Below the pieces are notes generated by a model. The model searched no databases, was not told the DNA's origin, and saw only the letters and a list, made by a program, of their open reading frames with translations. From Octopus vulgaris (Eukaryota), in NCBI GenBank assembly GCA_951406725.2, contig OX597833.1:48298001-48362000 (forward strand): a DNA stretch of 64,000 bases. The letters run 5' to 3'. Shown here piece after piece: positions 1-12,733 of the stretch; position 1 is the first letter of the stretch, and each line of letters opens with the position of its first letter. A program made the translations under genes and the position numbers.

Positions 1-23
1 GCTCAAATATATATTTGGATATG

Positions 24-441
24 AAGGCGGCGAGCTGGTAGAAACGTTAGCACGCCGGGCGAAATGCGTAACTGTATTTCGGCTGCCGTTACGTTCTGAG
101 TTCAAATTCCGCCGGGGTCAACTTTGCCTTTTATCCTTTCGGGGTCGATAAATTAAGTACCAGTTACGCACTGGGGTCGATATAATCGACTTAATCTCTT
201 TGTCTGTCATTGTTTGTCCCTTCTGTGTTTAGCCCCTTGTGGGCAGTAAAAAAAAAAGGTATTTCGGCTGCCGTTACGTTGTGAGTTCAAATTCCGCTGA
301 GGTCGACTTTGTCTTTCATCCTTTCGGGGTCGATAAATTAAGTACCAGTTTCGCACTGGCTCGATGTAATCGACTTAATCTCTTTGTCTGTCCTTGTTTG
401 TCCCCTCTATGTTTAGCCCCTTGTGGGTAGTAAAGAAATAT
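24..441 (+). mobile_element. tRNA-derived SINE family A (Meta-like central domain), partial tandem dimer
   Basis: Head ggcggcgagctgg, B-box gagttcaaattcc, central ggtcgactttgcctttcatcctttcggggtcgataaattaagtacc; second unit restarts at gtatttcg. Confidence 0.85.
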
Positions 442-1059
442 ATTTGGACATGGTTATCCAAATATATACGTGTGTGTGTATGTCTTATAATGTGGATCCT
501 CGTCTACTTGTATGTCCTTGTCGGCACTGTAATATTCTTGTCGCCACTATTATGTTGTGGCGATATTCCGAGTCTTATTCTCTTTGACTCGTCTATCGTG
601 CTATGGCTGATAGCTCCGCAAGACAATGACTTTGAAGTGTCAACCTTGACGTAACTCGAACTCGTATATATATATCACGTAACTGGCACTGACTGCAACT
701 GAGAAACTCGTACGACGACTCTACTACTACTGACTGACTGAACCGACTTTATAGTGGTTGCCACGTGTGGGAAGGGGTGTACCATTTCACAACAACAGAA
801 TGTGTGTGTGTGTGTGTGTGTGTGTGTATAGGGGGGGTGTTTGTGTTTGTCTGCCCGCACTGCTTGATAACCTATTTCTTTACTACCCACAAGGGGCTAA
901 ACACAGAGGGGGCAAACAAGGACAGACAAACGGATTAAGCCGATTACATCGATCCCAGTGCGTAACTGGTACTTAATTTATCGACCCCGAAAGGATGAAA
1001 GGCAAAGTCGACCTCGGCGGAATTTGAACTCAGAACGTAACGGCAGACGGGTGTGGGAT

Positions 1060-1360
1060 TATTATCTCCGAAACTTAGCAGTTCGGCAAAAGAATGCGAT
1101 AGAACAAGTACCAGACATAATTGTGGAAAGGTTAAGCTCCCTGCAATCCCTCAACCTCCAGAGCCATTGAAGAACCTGTTGTCATCAACTGACCAAGATT
1201 CCAAGCACTTCCAAAACAAAAGTAGGCAATACAACACTGTACTACAGGTAATATCATCTGGAACTACAAGAGATTTAACTGAGCCAGGATTCATGCAAAC
1301 TTTCAAGATCCAAGGTCAGATTTATCATCGGATTGGCTCTCTACTACCTCTGTCAAATGA
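1060..1360 (+). pseudogene. Helitron Rep/helicase N-terminal fragment
   Basis: CGKVKLPAIPQPPEPLKNLL...SKHF...RQYN...TFKIQGQIYHRIGSLLP, a characteristic Helitron N-terminal motif. Confidence 0.8.
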
Positions 1361-1467
1361 ATAATCAAAATCAGCTTTTCGTTGTTTATAATCTGCACCT
1401 GTTTTTTTGGTTACGAATTAAGCTACTCAAAACGTTTTTGAATTACGTGTATTTACTTTATGTACAT

Positions 1468-1606
1468 AGCTTGCTTACCAACCACATGGTTCCGGGTTCA
1501 GTCCCACTGCGTGGCATGTTGGGCAAGTGTCTTCTACTATAGCCTCGGGCCGACCAAAGCCTTGTGAGTGGATTTGGTAGACGGAAACTGAAAGAAGCCC
1601 GTCGTA

Positions 1607-1673
<67 letters not shown>

Positions 1674-1878
1674 TTGTGTGTCCCCCTAGCATTGCTTGAC
1701 AACTGATGCTGGTGTGTTTACGTCGCCGTCACTTAGAGGTGGTTCGGCAAAAGAGACCGATAGAATAAGTACTGGGCTTACAAAGAATAAGTCCTGGGGT
1801 CGATTTTCTCGACTAAAAGGTGGTGCTCCAGCATGGAAGCAGTCAAATGACTGAAACAAGTAGAAGAGTAAAAGAGTA
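1468..1878 (+). mobile_element. tRNA/CORE-like SINE family B with internal (TA)n
   Basis: ggttccgggttcagtcccactgcgtggca..gggcaagtgtcttc...ccagcatgg..gcagtcaaatgactgaaacaagt..aagag tail. Other copies near 7790, 24446, 44231, 47330, 55729 and 56158. Confidence 0.8.
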
Positions 1879-1999
1879 TATATGAAGTGAAAACTTTCTT
1901 TTAACATTTCACTTAACGTCTATATTCCATGCTGGCATGGGTTGGAGAGTTATTAATGTAGAAAGTTGGTATCTCAGCTACTAGCAGTTAACAACGCTG

Positions 2000-2480
2000 A
2001 AAGAAAAACATGATGCCATCAAACAGGTTATGGAACAGATTGACTACACCAAACATAAATGAGTGTTGTGTGTCGATTTGAAAATGGTAAGTTTCCTGCT
2101 TGGTCAACAAAGTGGCTACACGAAATTCCCATGTTTTTTTGTGTATGTGAGACAGTAGAGCAAAAGAGGAGCACTGGAAGAGGAAAGATTGGCCACCCCA
2201 AGAGTTAAAGGTCAGTGAAAAGAACGTTATTAGTGCAACGCTAGTTCCGAAAGAAAAAAAATCAACTTCCCTCCCTTGCATATCAAACTGGGATTAATGA
2301 AACAGTATGTAAAATCACTCGACAAAGAAAGTAAATATTTTGAGTATATATGTAAATCGTTTCCAGGACTTAACACCGAAGAACTCAATGCGGGAGTGTT
2401 TGATGGTCTTGATATCCGGAAACCCATTAAGGATGACGAATTTGTTAATTCAATGAATGACTTGGAATTACGCGCTCTGG
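2000..2480 (+). pseudogene. Decayed DNA-transposase fragment (probably Chapaev3/CMC-like)
   Basis: Frameshifted translation VDLKMVSFLLGQQSGYTKFPCFLC..DSRAK..HW...WP...LPPLHIKLGLMKQYVKSLDK..FPGL..E.L.AGVFDG.DIRK.IKD. The superfamily call is from recollection only. Confidence 0.65.
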
Positions 2481-2916
2481 ACGACACGCACTCTCGCAAT
2501 GCAAATGGGGTTAAACTACAATAACAACAAGCGTATGAGACACTGGGCACAAGAAAGGGAGGGAGAGAGAGAGAGGGGGGAGATACTGTGGGATGGCAGA
2601 AGATTAGAGAGTTAAAAAAATAGGGAGAGAATGAAAAAGGGAGGAAGAAGGAGAGAGAAAAGAGAGGAGAGCGAGAGAAAGAGAAAGAGAGAAATGCTGT
2701 AAAACGGTGAAGCCGAAGAAGGTCAGAAGAAAGTAGTGAGAAAGTGAAAGAGAAAGTGTGAGAGTGAGAGAGAGGGAAAGAGAGAAAGTGAGAGAAAGAG
2801 GAAGAGCGGGAAAGAGAGAGAGAGAGAGAGATGTTGTGGGATGGTAAAAGTGTAGAAGACCAAAAGAAAATAGGGGGAGAATGAAAGAGGGAGAAAGGAA
2901 GAATGAGCGAGTGAGT

Positions 2917-2956
<40 letters not shown>

Positions 2957-2999
2957 AGTATGTCTCAGAGTGAACTCCAACTGATTTCAGGAAGCAATA

Positions 3000-3504
3000 T
3001 ACAGGTCTGACCAAAAGTCACCCGACAGTAGATCAAAATTCCCTAAATACTTAATATCCAATTCTGTTGTGTCTGCGGAGAGTTATTTTCTTTTTGTGCC
3101 TTATAACGTAGAGTCAAGACTATTGAAAAGGTTGCAAGGCGCAACGAAAATTTTAGGAGAATAAAAATAAGAAATAAGTGGAAATTTTACCGGTGAGTGT
3201 GTTAAATAATAAGGCACTAAAAGAAAATGACTCTCCCCAGACACAACAGAATATGCTTCAACACACGAACTCATATAAAGAATCTTGCAAACCAAATCCT
3301 AAAACGAAATTTAATATCCAAGGTTATTTATTCATTCCAATTATGAATGCTTAATAATTAAATGCTGTGAGTTAAAAATCACCATTTGTTTTTCAGTATT
3401 TGTCTATTTATAAGCGAAGTCGCTTATAAAATAATTTTTTGTTTTAAACTTGGAATTAAATGGGGCTTTTGATTTACTGTCAGGTGACTTTTGGCCAACC
3501 CTGT
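3000..3504. mobile_element. Tc1/mariner-type MITE carrying a nested insertion
   Basis: TIRs tacaggtctgaccaaaagtcacccgacagtagatcaaaa / ttttgatttactgtcaggtgacttttggccaaccctgta with TA ends. Confidence 0.7.
3062..3310 (+). mobile_element. Penelope-like pLTR-type insertion with a short inverted 5' segment and 11-bp TSD
   Basis: TSD ttaatatccaa at 3051-3061 and 3311-3321; 3062-3106 is the reverse complement of 3205-3252; same family as 56660-56974. Confidence 0.6.
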
Positions 3505-3540
3505 ATAGTGCTCGGAGGCATGATATATGTAGAACAAGTG

Positions 3541-3711
3541 CTTATCGTATGTCCATTGTCTGGAAATCTTTCGCCACATATCTGTGACCTCTTCAGCGAC
3601 ACTTCCATTCGCGTGTTTCCTCCTGTTCTGTTTAGTCCACGTGGATGGAAGAGTCTCTGAAGAGGTCGCAGATGTGTGACGAAAAATTCCCCGACAATGG
3701 ACATAAATAAG
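3541..3711. ncRNA. Head-to-head pair of minimal hammerhead-ribozyme motifs (3557-3601 on -, 3652-3696 on +)
   Basis: Plus copy: agtct-CTGAAGA-g-gtcgca gatg tgtgac-GAAA-aatt-ccc-cgaca. Minus copy: tgtcg-CTGAAGA-g-gtcaca gata tgtggc-GAAA-gatt-tcc-agaca. Confidence 0.55.
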
Positions 3712-3914
3712 AACAGTAATCAACCTTTTATCGGATATCCTGAAAGACTGTGAAGTCGAATCGATTACGATTTCCCGTCAGAATATATGAAAGTCGAAAG
3801 TAGACATTGTAAGGTGATGCTATAATTTCTGCCTCTGTCAATGGCCACACTCTCACATGTAACAATAAGATGAGACCGGGAGAGTGTCTCTACGTGTATA
3901 GGTGTCCCTAAGTT

Positions 3915-4330
3915 AAGGCGGCGAGCTGGCAGAAACGTTAGCACGCCGGGCGAAATGCGTAGCCGGATTTCGTCTGCCGCTACGTTCTGAGTTCAAATTC
4001 CGCCGAGGTCGACTTGGCCTTTCATCCTTTCGGGGTCGAAAAATTAAGTACCAGTTACGCCCTGGGGGTCGATATAATCGACTTAATACCTATGTCTGTC
4101 CTTGTTTGTCCTCTCTGTGTTTAGCCCCTTGTGGGTAATAAAGAAATACGTATTTCGTCTGTTGTTACGTTCTGAGTTCAAATTCCGCCGAGGTCGACTT
4201 GGCCTTTCATCCTTTCGGGGTCGATAAATTAAGTACCAGTTACGCCCTGGGGTTGATGTAATCGACTTAATACCTACGTCTCTCCTTGTTTGTTCCCTCT
4301 ATGTTTAGCCTCTTGTTGGTAATAAAGAAA
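3915..4330 (+). mobile_element. SINE family A, partial tandem dimer
   Basis: Same sequence and junction as 24-441. Confidence 0.85.
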
Positions 4331-4813
4331 CAGGTGTCTCTAAGTTACATAACAACGACGACGACGACGAAACACCTACAACAACGAGACCATTACAGCA
4401 ACAATCATCATCAGCAGCAGCAGTACCACCATCACCACCACCACTTCCACCACCATCTGGTGGGGGTGGGGTGAACCCCGCTGTACGCTTTCACCACAAC
4501 TTTCTCTCACTCTTTCTTCCTACTTCTGCCACAAAGCAGAGGAACCATGGTGTAACCCACTATGGTGTGGTAAAACTTTCAGACCCCAGTCTAGATTGCG
4601 AATCCTCTGTACCCCAGGATGGTTCAACTCTCCACCCGTTAAAAAAGCCACCGTTTACGGAATGAGGATAACAACGTAGCTTTCACGCCCGTGCAACCGC
4701 CAGTCTATCGCGTGTGGTGGGTGGATCTTCAAGTTGCCACACACATTCTTAGTAGCTTAGAGTAGGCTCGAATTAGAGATTATTCTTTGTAGCTAATGGC
4801 GTGAGTCCTGAAT

Positions 4814-4919
4814 AGAAGAAGAAGAAGAAGAAGAAGAAGAAGAAGAAGAAGAAGAAGAAGAAGAAGAAGAAGAAGAAGACAGTAGCGGTAGCACCACCAC
4901 CACCACCACCACCACCACC

Positions 4920-4959
<40 letters not shown>

Positions 4960-4960
4960 T
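4814..4960. repeat. (AAG)n, (ACC)n and (ACT)n microsatellites
   Basis: Seen directly. Confidence 0.95.
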
Positions 4961-5269
4961 TACCATCATCTCCACCACAACGCTGTGCTGGTTAGTCTAG
5001 TACCAAGAGCGGAATATGCGACGTGTTCCATATTTTAAGGACCCTGCGCTAATTGAAAAAATTGGAAAACAAACATTAAATGGGACAGACTTGCTTCTTT
5101 TGCTGAGATGCAAATTAATAGACGTGACGTTACATTTCTCTATTTATACGTATTAAATTGGGTTTAATTAATTCTTTTTTTTCACATAAATAAGATTGGC
5201 TGAACGAATTAGATTCCACGGGGGTGTAGCGGGTGATGCAGGAGGTATTTGTCTGAAACTACCAAATGT

Positions 5270-5363
<94 letters not shown>

Positions 5364-5366
<3 letters not shown>

Positions 5367-5960
5367 TCAGACATGACAGAGTTGGAACTTACATACATTG
5401 GAAGCTATGCCAACATTATGGAATAACAACAGAAAAAAGATGGTATAGGCACACACCAGAAAAGGTCACAGAAAACGAGAAAGCAACCATACTCTGGGAT
5501 ATGCCGATACACACAGATAGAGAAATTAAGGCCAACAGACCAGATATAGTTGTCAGAGACCATGAAGAAAAAAATGCTTTCTAATTGATGTATCAGTACC
5601 GGCAGATGACAACGTGTCTCTAAAAGAAATGGAGAAACTCTCAAAATACAAAGACCTGGAAATAGAGGTAACTAGAATGTGGAATCTGAAAACAGAAACA
5701 ATTCCTATCATAGTAGGTGCATTAGGCATGATAAAAAAATATTCAGACAAATACATAACAAAAACACCAGGACTTACAAACACATATAACATACAGAAAA
5801 TTGCACTACTAGGCACTGCACACATCCTACGCAGAGCACTTTCCATACAATAACCATCAGAGCATCACAACAAATCACAGCACATACCCAAGGTACACAG
5901 AGCTGCGCTCGGTAGTGAAGTGAAAGCACGCTATAAAAATAAAAATAAAACTACTGAATA
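5364..5960 (+). mobile_element. 5'-truncated Dong/R4-type non-LTR retrotransposon (restriction-like endonuclease end plus 3' UTR) inserted in (AAT)n
   Basis: RHDRVGTYIHWKLC...ILWD...ANRPDIV, frameshift near 5570, then LIDVSVP.D...EKLSKYKDLEIE..RMW...IPIIVGALG...IQKIALLGTAHILRRAL*; (AAT)n on both sides. Confidence 0.85.
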
Positions 5961-6018
5961 ATGATAATGATAATAATAATATTATTATTATGATTGTTAT
6001 TAATAATAATAATAATAA

Positions 6019-6385
6019 TCTATTATATAAAATTTGCTCTGTCTGTCTCTGTGTGTGTCTTCTAGGATCTCGGGCATCCTCCATCCGATTGCGCTCAAAA
6101 TTGATATGTAGATATCGACGGTATCATGGCGTGTATAAGTCTTGGAAAAGTTACAAAAATCGATTCCAGGTGAGAATGCGATCGATAAAGCCGTGGGAAC
6201 GTGCATTTGTAAAATCGTTTTCTTAGAATACAAAAAAAAGTTTATCTAGTGTCTCAAATTTAGGTTAAATGAGTGTTTCTCAAAGGGGATGGCTATGGGA
6301 CGGTCGGACAAGTTGTTTTGAGAATATTTGGTTTAAATGTTTGACAACTCAGCACCGTCTATTGGACGGGAGGTATTTTGCTCGT
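6019..6385 (+). mobile_element. Non-autonomous Helitron-like element, 5' part
   Basis: Starts a|TCTATTATATAAAA then tctgtctgt; homologous copy at 22557-22950. Confidence 0.55.
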
Positions 6386-6807
6386 AATAATAATAACAAC
6401 CACAGATTTGTTTGTCAGTTGTTTGACCTTAACCAGTTGAGCATGTCCCTTAGTGGCTGACGATATATGCATTTCTGATCACGAGCAGAAGTAGTGGGGG
6501 AGCATCATAACCGTGTGTTGAAAGGAATTCTTGGAGGTTTGAATAATTCACCTTTGCAAACATGGGTGGTTCATTCAACGTCCTTAAACAATCCTTATTC
6601 AGGGACCTTTTGAACAAGAGTCTAACTGGGCCCCACCTGCTAGGTCATGCGCTGTTTATTTTGATATGAGATCACCATGTCGTGCACATATGGTTGTGAT
6701 GCATGTGCCTGGTGTACCCTTATCAGACGGGTAGTCATGATGGGTATACTGGACTTCGTATATTTTACCCCAGTGTCACTTTGATGGCATGCACTGCTCT
6801 CTCACTC

Positions 6808-6846
<39 letters not shown>

Positions 6847-7296
6847 CCTTTCTGCTAAAGGTACAAGGCCTGAAATTTTAGGGGAGGAGACTAGTCGATT
6901 ACATCGACTCCTGTGCTCAACTGGTACTTATTTCATCGACCCCGAAAGGATGAAAAGCAAAGTCAATCTCAGCGGAATAATAATGATAATAATAATTATT
7001 ATTATTAAATATTAGGGCGAAGGAAGGATGAGAGGGAGAAAAAAAAATAAACGAAGTTTTTTTTAAAATAATTAAGAAACATTTTATAATGTACAGTTTC
7101 TACTTTAAATTCATCTCATTAAACAAAAACTACAATACAAACAAGTTGAAATTATAATAGTCACGTTTTCGACGTTAGACTACAAACATTTTATATTCGG
7201 GTTGTCAAACGGGAGAGGAGGATTTAATATACTTTAACTCACATTGTATTACTTGTCTCAGTCATTGGACTGCGGCCATACTGAAGCACCAGCTTG

Positions 7297-7750
7297 TACG
7301 AGGGGGTGCTGAAAAGTTCCCGGCTTTAAGGTTATCGCGAATGGGCTTCTTGGAGGCCCAACTTTCCGAGTTCTTTTACAGAAACTGAAGGACCACTGCA
7401 ATAAGTGAGTGAATCTGAGAGGGGAATATGTTGAATAAAATCATAATTCACTGATATCCTCCTGTATTTTCTTTTACCCAAAGCCAGGAACTTTTCAGGA
7501 TCCCCTCGTACGAATATATATATATATATATATATTCATATACGAGGGTCACTGAAAAGTTCCTGGTTTTAAGGGGATCGTGAAAGGCCTGGTTGGAGGC
7601 TCGCCTTCCGAGTTCTTTTACAGGGCTTAAGAGAAACTGAAGGACTGTTGCAATAAGTGTGTGAATCTGAGGTGGGAACATGTTGACTAGAATCATAATT
7701 AACTGATCCTCTTGTATTTTCATTTACCGAATGCCAAGAACTTTTCGTAA
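7297..7750. mobile_element. Two tandem mariner-like MITEs
   Basis: TIR tacgagggggtgctgaaaagttcc / ggaacttttcaggatcccctcgta (7297-7510); second related copy at 7541-7750. Confidence 0.75.
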
Positions 7751-8104
7751 GGTTAGTCGAACAAATCGATCTCACTTCCAGCTAATATTTGGTACTATAA
7801 GTGCAGTATTTATTCGATCGATATGTTTTGTCGAACCGCTAAGTTGCACACACACACACACACACACACATACACACACACACCGGATTTCTATACGCTT
7901 TATGTCCATCAAATTCTCTTACATTAGTTGACCCGAGGCTTATAGTAGAAGATACTTGCGGAAGGTGCCACGCAGTGGGACTGAATCCGAAACTGCGAGG
8001 CTGTGAATTGAACTTCTTGACCACACGGCCATGCTTCCGATACCATGTGCATCTATGTTACTTAAGTAACGACACTGTATTTTAATGAATTACAACAAAA
8101 ATAT

Positions 8105-8375
8105 GTGGAGGCACATGGCCTAGTGGTTAGAGCAGCGGACGAGAGATCGCGGGTTCGGATCTCAGACCGGGCGATGTGTGTGTTTATGATCGGAACACCA
8201 AAGCTCCACGCGACTCTGGCAGAAGGTAATGGCGAACTTCTGCTGACTCATTCGCCACAACTTTCCTCCTGCATCTCGTGACGGACCGGCGTCCCGTCCA
8301 AGTGGGGAACCTATACGTCATGGAAACCGGGAAACTGGCCCTTATGAGCCATGGGTTGAGAAGGAACAAACAAAC
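8105..8375 (+). mobile_element. tRNA-derived SINE family C
   Basis: gtggaggcacatggcctagtggttagagcagcgga..gggttcg.atctc (A/B boxes) ...gaaaccgggaaac.ggccc. Other copies near 12817, 15161, 24938, 46918, 48880 and 60228; related variant near 9391, 31444 and 42806. Confidence 0.8.
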
Positions 8376-8555
8376 AATAACAAAAATGAAATAAAATAAA
8401 AAGTGCATCCCACAGGTTCCGCAGAGGCTTTTATGCTGCCCTGACAACTCGTTTAAGGAGCTATAAAATTTCTTAAGAAGAGTAACATAAAAACCTAACC
8501 TCGAAGAAGGTGACACTAGATAGCAATCATTTCAAATTTTTGGGATATGAACAGC

Positions 8556-9100
8556 AAAAATTTCAGGGTAGGGTGTAAGTCGATTACATTGACTCCAGTA
8601 TTCAACTGGTACTTAATTTATCGACCCCGAAAGGATGAAAGACAAAGTCGACCTCGGCGGAATTTGAACTCAGAACGTAAAGACAGACGAAATACATATT
8701 TCTTTACTACCCACAAGGGGCTAAACATAGAAGGGACCAACAAGGACAGACAAACGGATGAAGTCGATTATATCGACCCCAGTGCGTAACTGGTACTTAT
8801 TTAATCGACCCCGAAAGGATGAAAGACAAAGTCGACCTCGGCGGAATTTGAACTCAGAACGTAAAGACAGACGAAATACATATTTCTTTACTACCCACAA
8901 GGGGCTAAACATAGAAGGGACCAACAAGGACAGACAAACGGATGAAGTCGATTATATCGACCCCAGTGCGTAACTGGTACTTAATTTATCGACCCCGAAA
9001 GGATGAAAGGTAAAGTCGACCTCGGCGGAATTTGAACTCACAACGAAAAGACAGACGAAATACCGCTAAGCATTTCGTCTCGTTTCTGCCAGCTCGCCGT
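8556..9100 (-). mobile_element. SINE family A, tandem trimer with 184-bp period
   Basis: Near-identical units start at 8763 and 8947. Confidence 0.85.
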
Positions 9101-10452
9101 TTTGAATCCCCTTAATATTAAAACATTTAAACTAATGATCAAACAAATAATTAAGGGAATAATTGTAACAAAATATATTTTCAAGCGCCAAGGAAATGTC
9201 TACGACGATATATAATTATATATATGATCACTTCCAAGGTAACCGAATACAGTTACCTTAGAAAAAAAAAACAGTAGTTTATTGTTTAGCTCCAGGCCCA
9301 GTCCTCTTTGAGTCATTCCAACCGTGACCATCTCATTGATTTTTGTTATTGTTATTTATGATTATATTTATAGTCATATATAACTATATATGGTGAAGGC
9401 GCGTGGCTTAGTGGTTAGAGGGGTCAGCATCATGATAGTAAGATTGTGGTTTCGATTCCTGGACCGGGCGATGCGTTGTGTTCTTGAGCAAAACACTTCA
9501 TTTCACGTTGCTCCAGTTCACTCAGCTGGCAAAAGTGAGTAACGCTGCGATGGACTGGCGTCCCATCCAGCTGGGGAACACATACTCCATTAAAACCGGG
9601 AAACCGGGCCCATGAGCCTGGCTAAGCTTTAAAAGGGCGCATATATTTTTATTTTATAACTATATATGACGATATTTATAGTCCTATATAGTTTTCTTTA
9701 TAGTGAGCGGAAACTCGTTATGGGGCAAGCGGACAACAGGATGCATCTTCAGAGGAAGAACTCCCGTCAAACAAGTGTTTCGGCCCGTCAGTTCTTGACA
9801 CTCTAAGGGGGCCGGGCCCACCTAGGTAGTGATTCCTAGGTGTATTCCAGCTGATAGTTAAATACTGCCTTCAGTGGGAATTGAACTCAAAGTCTTTGGA
9901 TGAGCCTATTGCTCGGCCACACAGACCACTGCATGGACTTGCACTATTTCAAGCTGGGTTTCCTTCCTCCTGTGTTTAGTGGCTTGCTGTATTCTTTTCC
10001 AGTTTCATCTCTCATTCCCTATTTCTTTTTATTTTTCTATTTTTAAAGGTAATAAGTTGTAATGGCATAACTGCAGAACCGTGCCCCGGCTCTGACTTTG
10101 TTTCCTTTTAAATACACAGAAAATTGGCGACACAGCAGTCAAAACATCGTAAAAAATGTAAATAATTTTTGGTGTTAACATGGTCCGATTTGAATTTTTT
10201 CTTCTACGGAAGGAGGAGAAAGCCATCTTCTATCATATTCTCAATTTTGGTCAACTTGCGCCGCAGGGTCTCGGAGGAGATAGTGTTAGTTGAAGGCTAC
10301 CAAACCTGCCATACACAGACAACTTCAGCTTTATATATAGAGAGATAACACACACATTGATATACATACATGCACATACACACACATGTATGTATGTATG
10401 TATGTACATCTGTCCACTTCTCTCCATATTTTTATCGGTCACTTCCTACACA

Positions 10453-10485
<33 letters not shown>

Positions 10486-11354
10486 CACACATTCTTAGCT
10501 TACAATTTCTTTCTTTCAACAATTGACAATTGAAGTACGCTCGCAAATTAATTACTACCGAAAACTTAGCGACAGAAAGTAAAGTAAAAAAAAAACAATT
10601 TACCTTTTCTGTTGAGTTATCATGGCAATTCGACCGTCTCTGGATTTCCTTAAATCCGTCTCTTTTCTTCAACTGAACTTATCGTTTCTTAAAGTCCTTT
10701 GTGAAATTTAGGAGTGTTTTTTTTTTTTTTTCTTTCTCGAGAAACTTTTTGTTTCCTCGACACTAAAAAACTAACGGGAACTAGACAAACTGTCCCAGTA
10801 CAATTGGTGAAATAGTGTAACTCATAATGTAAGCCGCTATGTGTCTTACGAACACGTATGCTCCAGAATGGTCTTGGCCATAATAGCTAAAACAAATTAT
10901 GTATGTATGTATGTATGTATGTATGTATGTATGTATGTATGTATCTATGTATGTATGTATTTTATATCTATGTATGTAATTATATAGGTATGAATGTATG
11001 TATGTATGTATGTATATTTGTGCGGCTGTGTGAGTATTTTTCTCAGCCAGTCACCGAGTGACAACGATATATTTATTGAAACCTAAAGCTACAATAAACC
11101 GCATTTGAGTCCGTACATCACAACATACCAGATTTTCGTTTATTCTCTTATGAATTCAAAACATGTTTGATTAAGACGGTATAGATGAATGGCCAATAGG
11201 TGGGGCAACATTTGTCTAACGGCTCCCATTATGTCATATGAATTCGGTAACGCAATTATGTGGGTTTGTGCGCTGGTGAGTGTTATTATTTGTCTGTGTA
11301 CGTGTGTGTATTTATGTGTACCTGTTTATGTATTCATTATGTGCATTCATTACA

Positions 11355-11413
11355 TATCTATATATATCCTTATATACATATATATACACACACACACATA
11401 TATATATGTATGT

Positions 11414-11458
<45 letters not shown>

Positions 11459-11487
11459 CATACGTATATATATATATATATACATAC

Positions 11488-11524
<37 letters not shown>

Positions 11525-11740
11525 AATATATATATTTAGATATATATTATATATATACACACATACACACTACATACATACATACATACATGTACACATA
11601 CATACATTATATACATACGTATGTGTGTATGTATGTATTTCTGTGAGTATACATTATCTGTTTGTCCGTCCGTCCGTCTGTCTGACTGTCTGTCTGTCCG
11701 TCTGTCTGTCTATCTGTCTGTCTGTCTATCTGTATGTCTG

Positions 11741-11811
<71 letters not shown>

Positions 11812-11816
11812 GTCTA

Positions 11817-11895
<79 letters not shown>

Positions 11896-11977
11896 GTGTA
11901 CATGTGCGTGAACGTGTGTGTGTGTATGTGTTATGTTGCTATGTGCAGGCATTCACACACACACACACGCTCGCACG

Positions 11978-12030
<53 letters not shown>
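11355..12030. repeat. Compound microsatellite block (TA)n/(TACA)n/(TCTG)n/(TCTA)n/(CA)n
   Basis: Seen directly. Confidence 0.95.
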
Positions 12031-12035
<5 letters not shown>

Positions 12036-12317
12036 ATGTCCCAGCGCCCGCCTTTGTATGTATACATATGTTCATGTACTTTAATAAGTGTATTTAATCT
12101 CAGGTGTGTATATTTATTTACCTGTAAATCTCAGTGAGTATGTATTTAGGAACGTCTGTATTCTAATTCGTGTTCGTCTAAGACGCCTGTTTTAATTCTC
12201 CAAGAGCTACTTTAACTATAATACAGTATTTCTCAACCATTTTCTGCCTGTGGACCCTTTTAATTCCTATTTTACTTAGATGGGCTCTCCTAGCTTTTCG
12301 ATGTTTTAAAAAATTAT

Positions 12318-12733
12318 AGGATCTTTTCGGTTTGAACGGCAGTTTTTTAAAATAATTTCCACGTAACTAAACACTTTTAAACTTCGTATACTGGTAGAAT
12401 GTGTTTATAAAACATCTTTTTCTCTTGGCTTTATTGAGAAAATTCTATGGTTTGTAAGATATTTGTTGTTGTTTTTTCTTCAATTTCTGCAATTTCAACC
12501 AATCAGTGATGTCTATTGAGGTAAAAAAAAAAGCATTCTGTGCCGTATGAATATGTCCCTCGGGTTTATTTGATTGAGTACATTTCTGAAGAAAAAAAGA
12601 TACCCTTCCCCCCACCTCTAAACCTAACCCTAAAACATTGAAATGCAATAGCTCGATACTAGGGTCATAATTATGGTTGACAATTTCATATGACACCGCT
12701 AGAAAAAACTGCCGTTCAAACCGAAAAATTCCC
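12318..12733. mobile_element. GGGATC-TIR MITE
   Basis: ggatcttttcggtttgaacggcagttttt ... aaaaactgccgttcaaaccgaaaa.ttccc. Confidence 0.85.

Noticed and set aside
8105-8175. tRNA-like sequences with A and B boxes
   Set aside because: SINE heads that run into SINE bodies; no complete cloverleaf, so not called as tRNA genes
8547-8973. Recurrent ORF peptide NWYL..RPRKDERQSRPRRNLNSER
   Set aside because: Antisense translation of SINE family A, not a gene family
8556-9100. Regularly spaced repeats resembling a CRISPR array
   Set aside because: Whole 184-bp units repeat with no unique spacers; eukaryotic context and no cas genes
9745-9795. GAAAC...CTGAAGA on the minus strand as a possible type II hammerhead
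   Set aside because: Stems I and II do not pair convincingly
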